NCBI GenBank assembly: GCA_965279515.1
Contig: CBDIID010000003.1
Location: 2,761,097 to 2,825,096 of the forward strand
Length of the DNA stretch: 64,000 nt
Direction: 5' to 3'
DNA from: Turneriella sp.
GTDB lineage: Bacteria > Spirochaetota > Leptospiria > Turneriellales > Turneriellaceae
Program-made: the position numbers and the translations under genes
The notes under the pieces: model-generated
Seen by the model: the letters and a program-made list of their open reading frames with translations, nothing else
Databases searched by the model: none
Told to the model about the DNA's origin: nothing
Shown: positions 57,196-64,000 of the stretch, in pieces
Layout: every line of letters begins with the position of its first letter
How positions within the stretch are numbered: the stretch's first letter is position 1

Positions 57196-58628
57196 TTAAT
57201 TTTTCGCCACGGCTTCGCCGCTTCGAGCGCAAAGGCAAGTTCAATGAGCGTGCGTTCGGCACCATGCGGCGCTTGCAGTTGCATGCCGATCGGCAGGCCA
57301 TTCTTATCGGCACCCATCGGCAGCGAAATCGCCGGGCTGCCGGCAGCGTTGTTGAGCGGGGTAAAGGCGACGTAGCGCATCAGGCGCTCATAGAGCTGTT
57401 CGTAGTCCATATCGGGGTTTAAATGCCCGAGCTTCGGCACGACATGCCCCAGCACCGGTGAAAGTACCGCATCATAACCGCGCATCGCATCAGCATAGAG
57501 CTTTTGCGTCTGATTTAAACGGTAGAGCATCAGCGGTGCGCTCAGCATGCGCGCCTTAAAATAGTCTACCAACCCACGGCTAAACGGATCGAGCTTGGCG
57601 CCGTCAAAATCGCGGCTGACGACAAAACGCCCGAAAGTGCTGATCAGAAATGCCAGCATGGCCCAGTAGAGCGTGAAGTCTTCGAGAAAATTTTTACTCA
57701 CAGGCAACGGCATCGGTACCAGTGTATGACCCATGGATTCGAAAATCTTCTGTGTCTCACTGAGTACCGCGCGCGTTTCCTCACAGGTGTGAGTTCCCGT
57801 AATCGAATCGACAATCACACCGATGCGCAGCTTTTTTTTCCCGGGGCCCTCGACGCGGCCAATCACGGGTAACTTAGGATTGCGGTAATAATCCTCAAGG
57901 CCGGCCATGAAGGCCGCAGTATCGCGCACGCTGCGCGTCACAACGCCTTCGCTCACGATATTGATCGGCATGGAACTCGCGGATGCATTATTGAGATGCC
58001 TGTCGCGCGTCGGTTTCAGGCCCACGAGGCCACAGCATGCGGCCGGCACGCGGATCGAACCACCGCCGTCGTTCGCGTGCGCGATCGGTACAACGCCGGC
58101 AGCGACGAGCGCCGCCGAGCCGCCCGACGAGCCGCCGGCAGAATAATCGGTATTCCAGGGATTGCGCGTCGGGTGGTCGCTCTCAAATTCCGTCGAAGCA
58201 TTGAAGCCGAATTCGGGCAACGAACTCTTGCCCAGAACGTTGAACCCCTGCGCGAGAAACTGCGCGGTAAATTTTCCATCGTCGGCCGCAATGTGCGCTT
58301 TCGCGGCCCGCGTGCCGTTGCGCGTGGGTAATCCCTTCATGTCGGCGTTGTCTTTAACAAAAGTGGGAACTCCCGCGAATATGCCCTGGCCATTGAATTT
58401 CCGCGCTGCATCCTGCGCACGTTCGAAGATAGGAAATTCGATCGCATTCAGGCTACCGTTCACCTTTTGGGCGCGCCGGATGGCAGCCTCGGTGACTTCG
58501 GTGGCAGTAATTTCACCGCGGTGGATGAGCCCGGCGAGGGCCACAGCGTCGTGTTCTGCAAGCACGTCGTTGCCAAAGGCATGGACGCGCTCTCCCAATG
58601 TTTCAGATTTCAAACGGGCAGATGGCAT
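57192..58628 (-). CDS. Amidase signature family enzyme
   Basis: VPTFVKD, GKSSLPEFG, SAGGSSGGSAA, DGGGSIRVPAACCGLVGLKP. Confidence 0.9.
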   Translation of the reverse strand: MPSARLKSETLGERVHAFGNDVLAEHDAVALAGLIHRGEITATEVTEAAIRRAQKVNGSLNAIEFPIFERAQDAARKFNGQGIFAGVPTFVKDNADMKGLPTRNGTRAAKAHIAADDGKFTAQFLAQGFNVLGKSSLPEFGFNASTEFESDHPTRNPWNTDYSAGGSSGGSAALVAAGVVPIAHANDGGGSIRVPAACCGLVGLKPTRDRHLNNASASSMPINIVSEGVVTRSVRDTAAFMAGLEDYYRNPKLPVIGRVEGPGKKKLRIGVIVDSITGTHTCEETRAVLSETQKIFESMGHTLVPMPLPVSKNFLEDFTLYWAMLAFLISTFGRFVVSRDFDGAKLDPFSRGLVDYFKARMLSAPLMLYRLNQTQKLYADAMRGYDAVLSPVLGHVVPKLGHLNPDMDYEQLYERLMRYVAFTPLNNAAGSPAISLPMGADKNGLPIGMQLQAPHGAERTLIELAFALEAAKPWRKIN

Positions 58629-58729
58629 GAGAGCGGGTGCGACGCACAAATCGCAGCGTCAACGGAGAAAGTATTCCCTGAATTGTATTGACTTAGGGTG
58701 TAAATGCGTCTGATTGCAACCATCTATCC

Positions 58730-60901
58730 ATGCGTTTATTGATCCAGGCATTACCCATCTTATTGCTCAGCGCAGCGCCGATCATTGCTGCCGGGGAGCC
58801 CCCCGCTATTGTCTATGGCGCCGACGAAGCATTTCGCCCCTATGAGTGGTTCAGCGAAGACGGCAAGCTCGAGGGTTTCCAGATCGATCTGGTACGCGCC
58901 ATCGCGGCCTCGACCGGCCGGCGAGTGAATTTTGTCACCGGCGCATGGAATACCATCCGCAACGGATTCATGGATGGCAGCGTGCATGTCGTCACCATGT
59001 TCGATCAGCCCGTGCGCAGGGGATACGCCGATTTCAGCAAACCGCACTCCGTGCTCGCTTCAGAAATTTTTATCCGTCAGGGCTCGAAGCCGATTTTATC
59101 ACTCGCCGAACTCGCCGGTAAGGAAGTCATCCAGCAAGCGGGAGCTCTTTCTTCGGAATATCTGCACACGCAGACAATAAAGTATAAATCCATTCCCGTG
59201 CGCGATCCGCTGGAAGCGATACAGCTTCTGGCCTCAGGCAAGCACGATTGTGTTATCACCACGCAGGTCGGCGGCCGCTACGCTTTGCAGAAACTCGGCA
59301 TCAAAAATGTCATCGGCACGGGGCAGCCGATTTTGGCCTCCAATGTCGCCTTCGCGGTGCGCAAAGGTGATACAGAAATGCTGCGTTGGCTCAACGACGG
59401 TATCGACAAGGTCAAGGCCGACGGCAGTTACGAACAGATTTACCAGCGCTGGTTCGGTGACGGCGACCAGGCAAAAAAAGCGGAGCTACAAAAGTTACAG
59501 CGCGTCTTTTTTGCGGCGCTCGCAGTTCTGGTTTTAATCATCAGCGGCAGCCTGCTTTGGGTGAAAATGCTGCGCCGCGCCGTGGCGGCGCAAACGCTCG
59601 AACTGCAGTACCTCGCTGACCATGACTCTCTCACGGGCGTCTACAACCGCCACTATATCACACGCGCGGTCAGCGATGCTATCCAGGAATTTACCAACCT
59701 GGGGGCAAAAGGTTCCTTCGGTTTGTTATTCATCGACCTCGACCGCTTTAAGCTCGTCAATGACAGCCTGGGCCACCATTTCGGCGATCTTGTCATCAAG
59801 GCGGTGGCTTTTGAAATTCTCGCGGCGGTCGATAACCGCTGCCTGGTGGCGCGCTGGGGTGGGGATGAATTCATCGTGCTGGTAAATTCGGTGCCGCACG
59901 GGGGTGCGCTGGAAAAAATTGCCAACCGTATTGCCGACAAACTCAAATCTCCCTACAGTTTCCGTGATAAGGATATCTATGTCGGCGCGAGCATCGGTGC
60001 GGTGATGTCATCGCTGCGTTATGGCAGTGCCGAAGAAATGCTCCGCGATGCCGATAACGCCATGTACAGCGCCAAGGCCGACAAACGCGCTTCGGTAAAA
60101 CTTTTCGAACCGCAAATGCATGAGATTGCGGTACGCAGCATGCGGCTCAGCTCTGATTTTCGAAAGGCAGTCGACCGCGGCGAAATCATCAACTATTACC
60201 AGCCCATCTTCACGCTGAAAAACGCTGAACTCCGCGGTTTCGAAGCGTTGGTGCGCTGGCAGCACCCGGAACTGGGATTACTGTTGCCCGCATCATTCAT
60301 GCCTATTCTGGAAAAGACGGATGCGATGCGTCTTCTGGGCGATTGTGTAATGAAGAACGCGATTGCAGCCGCAAAAAGCTGGTCTCAGAGTTTTCCGGGT
60401 GATTTTTATATCAGTGTCAATATCTCTGACGAACAATTTGCCTTTGGCAACCTGACCGAACATATCGGTGGTTTGATTGATGCGGCAAAGCTTCCCCCAC
60501 ATTTTATGCGGTTGGAAATTACCGAGACGGTCCTGATGGCCGATACGGTGAGTGGCATGTCGCAGCTGGATGAACTCAAGGGCATGGGCCTCAGGTTACT
60601 CATCGACGATTTCGGTACCGGATTTTCTTCCCTGAGCCACCTCGCCTCGATTCCCGCAGATACGATTAAGATCGATCGTTCTTTCGTGCACGGTTTGAAG
60701 CCGGGCCTCAAGAACTATGAAATCGTCAAAGCCATGCTGGCTTTAACGGCGAATTTGCACCTCGAGGCCGTGGCAGAGGGTGTGGAAACCGATGAGGAGC
60801 GCGAATGGTTGGGCAAGCTCGGCTGTGAATATGCGCAAGGTTTTCTGTTTTCGCATCCCCTCACCGAAGCTGCGGCGCTGCAACTTTTGGAGAAACAGTG
60901 A
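58730..60901 (+). CDS. Periplasmic SBP_bac_3 sensor - TM - GGDEF - EAL c-di-GMP enzyme
   Basis: Signal; PBPb fold (FRPYEW...GFQIDL); DSLTGVYNR, DLDRFK, RWGGDEF; EAL, VNIS, EITE, DDFGTGFSSL, KIDRSF, AEGVET. Confidence 0.92.
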   Translation: MRLLIQALPILLLSAAPIIAAGEPPAIVYGADEAFRPYEWFSEDGKLEGFQIDLVRAIAASTGRRVNFVTGAWNTIRNGFMDGSVHVVTMFDQPVRRGYADFSKPHSVLASEIFIRQGSKPILSLAELAGKEVIQQAGALSSEYLHTQTIKYKSIPVRDPLEAIQLLASGKHDCVITTQVGGRYALQKLGIKNVIGTGQPILASNVAFAVRKGDTEMLRWLNDGIDKVKADGSYEQIYQRWFGDGDQAKKAELQKLQRVFFAALAVLVLIISGSLLWVKMLRRAVAAQTLELQYLADHDSLTGVYNRHYITRAVSDAIQEFTNLGAKGSFGLLFIDLDRFKLVNDSLGHHFGDLVIKAVAFEILAAVDNRCLVARWGGDEFIVLVNSVPHGGALEKIANRIADKLKSPYSFRDKDIYVGASIGAVMSSLRYGSAEEMLRDADNAMYSAKADKRASVKLFEPQMHEIAVRSMRLSSDFRKAVDRGEIINYYQPIFTLKNAELRGFEALVRWQHPELGLLLPASFMPILEKTDAMRLLGDCVMKNAIAAAKSWSQSFPGDFYISVNISDEQFAFGNLTEHIGGLIDAAKLPPHFMRLEITETVLMADTVSGMSQLDELKGMGLRLLIDDFGTGFSSLSHLASIPADTIKIDRSFVHGLKPGLKNYEIVKAMLALTANLHLEAVAEGVETDEEREWLGKLGCEYAQGFLFSHPLTEAAALQLLEKQ

Positions 60902-61401
60902 CATTAAACGAACTAAATGCCTTACCCGAGACCGAAGCCCGCAAGGTGTTCCATGACTGCAATGCCGCGGAAAAATGGGGCAGCACGCTTGCGGCATCTC
61001 GCCCCTTTGCTGATCTCGATGCGCTGAAAAATCAAGCGGCATCGGTCTGGAAAACTCTCGGCGAGCCGGACTTTTTGCAGGCCTTCGAGGCACACCCGAT
61101 GATCGGTGACGTGGACTCGTTACGCAAGAAGTATGCCTCGACAAAAGCCATGGCTTCGGGCGAACAATCGGGAGCCACAGGTGCCGACGAGGCGGTACTC
61201 ACGGAACTTGCAGTAAAAAACCGCGAGTACCTGGAGAAATTTGGCTTTATCTTCATTGTCTTTGCCACCGGAAAAACCGCTGCCCAGATGCTCGATTTGC
61301 TGCGCGCACGCATCGGTAATACCAGGGCAGAGGAAATCCGTAATGCGGCGGCAGAGCAGTTGAAGATCAGTCTTTTACGTATCGATAAACTGCTGGCGTG
61401 A
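60898..61401 (+). CDS. uraD: OHCU decarboxylase
   Basis: AFEAHPMIG, SGEQSG, NREYLEKFGFIFIVFA, EQLKISLLRI; GTGA overlap with the upstream gene. Confidence 0.92.
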   Translation: MTLNELNALPETEARKVFHDCNAAEKWGSTLAASRPFADLDALKNQAASVWKTLGEPDFLQAFEAHPMIGDVDSLRKKYASTKAMASGEQSGATGADEAVLTELAVKNREYLEKFGFIFIVFATGKTAAQMLDLLRARIGNTRAEEIRNAAAEQLKISLLRIDKLLA

Positions 61402-61441
61402 ATTTGTATTGGCGCGGCATGAGCCGCACTTACATGCGATT

Positions 61442-61771
61442 ATGAAAAGCATCAGCACGCACATTCTCGATATCTCACGCGGCAAGCCTGCACAGGGCGT
61501 TCAGGTTGTTCTCGAGTTTCTTGACGGAGAGTTCAAAAAGGCCGCTGAAGGTGTGACCGATGCCGACGGCCGCGTGCGCGATTGGCAATTCACCATGAAG
61601 ACCGGAACCTGGCGCATCCGTTTTGAAATCGCCTCGTATTTTGAAGGCCTGAAAGAATCGTGCTTTTATCCTTACGTCGAAATCGTCTTCCAGGTGACAA
61701 ATGCCGAACAGCATTACCACGTGCCCTTACTGCTCAGCGCCTACGGGTTTTCCACCTACCGCGGCAGCTGA
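61442..61771 (+). CDS. uraH: 5-hydroxyisourate hydrolase (transthyretin-like)
   Basis: ISTHILD...GKPA, TDADGR, HYHVPLLLS and the diagnostic C-terminal YRGS. Confidence 0.95.
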   Translation: MKSISTHILDISRGKPAQGVQVVLEFLDGEFKKAAEGVTDADGRVRDWQFTMKTGTWRIRFEIASYFEGLKESCFYPYVEIVFQVTNAEQHYHVPLLLSAYGFSTYRGS

Positions 61772-62836
61772 TTACACCAACACCGCCGCGCCCTTAACCT
61801 GCGCGAAAACCTGCGCGCCGGCGATGAGGCCTAGGCTCTGCAGAGATTTGCGCGTGATGCGCGCGAGAACGATAGTTCCGCCCAGATCGAGCTTCAGTAA
61901 TGCAAGGGGGATCTCCCCTTCGGAAATTTCCAGGATACGTGCCGGAAAAATGTTCACCACGCTGGTATCGGTGCCGTGACTGAGTGCAATACTGACATCG
62001 CTCGCCGCAACGCGCAGCTTTACACTTTCTCCCGGCGGCTTAGCAATGCGCGGAACAAGAAACTTACCTCCGGGAAAGGTTATCTCGCTGAGCTGCCATG
62101 CTTCATCGTGAGAGACGACGATACCGGGGATAACCACTTCGGCCTCAGGACTTTTCGCGAGAGGCAGGTCCAACCGGGTGAGCATCCCGGTTGTCTCCCC
62201 CATGGCGGTAATTTTGCCCGCGTCGATCAGAATCATCTGATCGGCGAGGCGGGCAACCTCATCGAGTGCATGGCTGACATAAAGAATGGGGATGCCCATG
62301 CTATCGGCAATATGTTCCAGAAGGGGATAGATACCGATACGCGCGGAAATATCGAGAGCCCCCAGGGGTTCATCCATCAGCAACAGTTGGGGCGAACTCA
62401 GCAGCGCACGCCCTAAGGCGATAAGCTGCCTCTCACCGCCGGAAAGATTTTGCGTACGGCGCCGCAGCAAATGGCCGATTTTCAACAGGTCAATGACCTG
62501 ACCGGGCTGAAAACGCCGTTTGGCTATGGCGCGCCGACTGTATCCATAGAGAAGATTCTTTTCCACATTCAGGTGATCAAACAGATCAGCTTCCTGGAAA
62601 ATATACCCTACGTGACGGCTGTGCGGGGGTACAAAGTGTTTTTTACTCTGCCAGTCCGAATCTCCGATCTGCAATATGCCATCGGCACGTTCGAGACCCA
62701 CTATCGCACGCAACAGCGAGGTTTTTCCGGAACCTGACGGCCCAAAGAGCGCGGTAATTCCGTTCAGAGGGAAATCCAACTGTGCATGCAACTCAAATGC
62801 ACCCCGGGTCAGCTTCAGATCGGCGGTTAATTTCAT
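61772..62836 (-). CDS. modC: Molybdate ABC transporter ATP-binding protein
   Basis: GPSGSGKT, LSGGERQ, LLMDEPLGALD, YVSH, C-terminal TOBE/Mop (AQVKG). Confidence 0.92.
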   Translation of the reverse strand: MKLTADLKLTRGAFELHAQLDFPLNGITALFGPSGSGKTSLLRAIVGLERADGILQIGDSDWQSKKHFVPPHSRHVGYIFQEADLFDHLNVEKNLLYGYSRRAIAKRRFQPGQVIDLLKIGHLLRRRTQNLSGGERQLIALGRALLSSPQLLLMDEPLGALDISARIGIYPLLEHIADSMGIPILYVSHALDEVARLADQMILIDAGKITAMGETTGMLTRLDLPLAKSPEAEVVIPGIVVSHDEAWQLSEITFPGGKFLVPRIAKPPGESVKLRVAASDVSIALSHGTDTSVVNIFPARILEISEGEIPLALLKLDLGGTIVLARITRKSLQSLGLIAGAQVFAQVKGAAVLV

Positions 62837-62838
62837 TT

Positions 62839-63516
62839 TCAGATTTTGATCAAAATTTTGCGCCGACGCAGCACGTAGATCGTCAGCAAAATCAGAAAAG
62901 AAAATATCACGAGCCCCAGTGCCAGGCGGTGCGCTTCTGTATAATGTAATGCTTCGACATGATTGTAGATCACCGTCGACAGCACCTGCGTGCGACCCGG
63001 AATATTGCCGCCGATCATCAGTACAATACCGAATTCACCCAGCGTGTGCGCAAAAGTCAAAACAGCCGCAGTCAGGTAGGCTGGTCGTGCCAAGGGCAAC
63101 GCCACGGTCAGAAAACGGTTCAACGGCGATGCGCCGAGCGTTGCCGCGACTTCGAGCGGACGGCGCCCGATGGCCTCGAAGCCGTCTTTGAGCGGCCCAA
63201 CGGCAAAGGGCAACGAATAGATAATCGAACCCACGACGAGCCCCGGAAAGGAAAACACCAGTTTTTCGCCGAAGATTTTTTCAAAAAACGCCCCGACGGG
63301 ATTTGCAGGCGAGAACATCAGCAAAAGATAAAAACCCAGCACCGTGGGCGGCAAAACCAGCGGCAACGCGACGAGCGCTTCAGTAACAAGGCGTAACGGC
63401 GAGCGCGAATGCGCAAGCCACCATGCAATGGGTGTGGCAATGAGCAGTAGAAGGCATGTCGTCACACTGGCCAGCTTCAACGTTAAAAAAAGCGCACTCA
63501 CATCACTGCCGGACAC
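62839..63516 (-). CDS. modB: Molybdate ABC transporter permease
   Basis: LPLVLPPTVLGFYLL, SLPFAV, AATLGAS, FAHTLGEFGIVLMIGGNIPGRT. Confidence 0.93.
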   Translation of the reverse strand: MSGSDVSALFLTLKLASVTTCLLLLIATPIAWWLAHSRSPLRLVTEALVALPLVLPPTVLGFYLLLMFSPANPVGAFFEKIFGEKLVFSFPGLVVGSIIYSLPFAVGPLKDGFEAIGRRPLEVAATLGASPLNRFLTVALPLARPAYLTAAVLTFAHTLGEFGIVLMIGGNIPGRTQVLSTVIYNHVEALHYTEAHRLALGLVIFSFLILLTIYVLRRRKILIKI

Positions 63517-63572
63517 GGATGGGCAAATGTACTATTTATTTCACACGGAGTCCGCATTTTTTTAACTACACA

Positions 63573-64000
63573 ATGCGGGCCGAGCCTGTGCACATTTCCC
63601 CGGAATCCATTATCCGCTATCGCGACCTGTGCCGCGTCTGCAACCGCTCACGCGCGACGTGTTTCTGCAAGTATACGACTCCGCTCAGAACAAACACACG
63701 TTTTATTATTCTCATGCATCCCAAGGAATTCAAACGCCAGCGCACCGGAACCGGGCGCGTCACACGGTTATCGCTGCTCAACTCGGAAATCATCGTGGGT
63801 GCAGAATTTGGCGCCGATGCGAAATTAAGCGCAACCCTGAATGACCCGGCCTATTTTCCGCTGTTGCTTTTTCCTGGATTACATGCCATCCATGCCGCAT
63901 CGGTCGAGTTTAGTTCCATGGTCTCGAATCGTCGACCCTTAGTCGTCATTGTGGATGCGACCTGGTCGAGCGCACGCAAGATGTTAAGGCTGAGCCCCAA
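63573..64000 (+). CDS. DTW-domain tRNA-uridine aminocarboxypropyltransferase (partial, runs off the window)
   Basis: CRVCNRSRATCFC, ILMHPKE...TGTG, LLFPG, IVDATW..ARKM; not in the ORF track. Confidence 0.85.
   Translation, partial: MRAEPVHISPESIIRYRDLCRVCNRSRATCFCKYTTPLRTNTRFIILMHPKEFKRQRTGTGRVTRLSLLNSEIIVGAEFGADAKLSATLNDPAYFPLLLFPGLHAIHAASVEFSSMVSNRRPLVVIVDATWSSARKMLRLSP

Noticed and set aside
398-63396. Numerous 60-230 aa ORF-track entries antisense to or overlapping recognised genes (e.g. 398-880, 9708-10256, 13077-13667, 35134-35805, 48262-48942)
   Set aside because: Shadow ORFs expected at this GC content; no motifs, and fully overlapped by well-supported CDSs

Overview
Gene-dense bacterial chromosomal window. 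Spirochaete-type lipoproteins, SpoIIE/STAS proteins and hemerythrins suggest a Leptospiraceae/Turneriella-like organism (inference, not verified). The backbone is an apparently complete purine-to-ammonia/glyoxylate pathway split into several sub-clusters over about 42 kb: xdhA-orf-xdhB-xdhC, puuD-allB, allC, a ureidoglycolate amidohydrolase-like M20 enzyme, allE, uraD-uraH and modBC. Signalling genes are interleaved with it: a class III cyclase, a cNMP-binding/uridine-kinase fusion, an SBP-GGDEF-EAL protein coupled to uraD, and an unannotated 52-aa stand-alone MshEN protein right behind allE. The most striking accessory element is a four-gene, AT-rich, co-oriented array at about 43.35-47.35 kb. 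Its genes are separated by very long (about 180-310 bp) attC-like structured repeats, each gene unit's ends are complementary to each other as in integron cassettes, and no integrase is adjacent. Also present: GC-rich palindromes inserted in frame inside xdhB and allB, three OMP + surface-lipoprotein modules, a tandem pair of small secreted 4-Cys peptides, a perfect CRP box at the end of a Crp-family gene, a solitary tyrosine recombinase and two likely pseudogenes. No rRNA, complete tRNA or CRISPR array was seen. All family calls come from motif recognition by eye; no searches were run.
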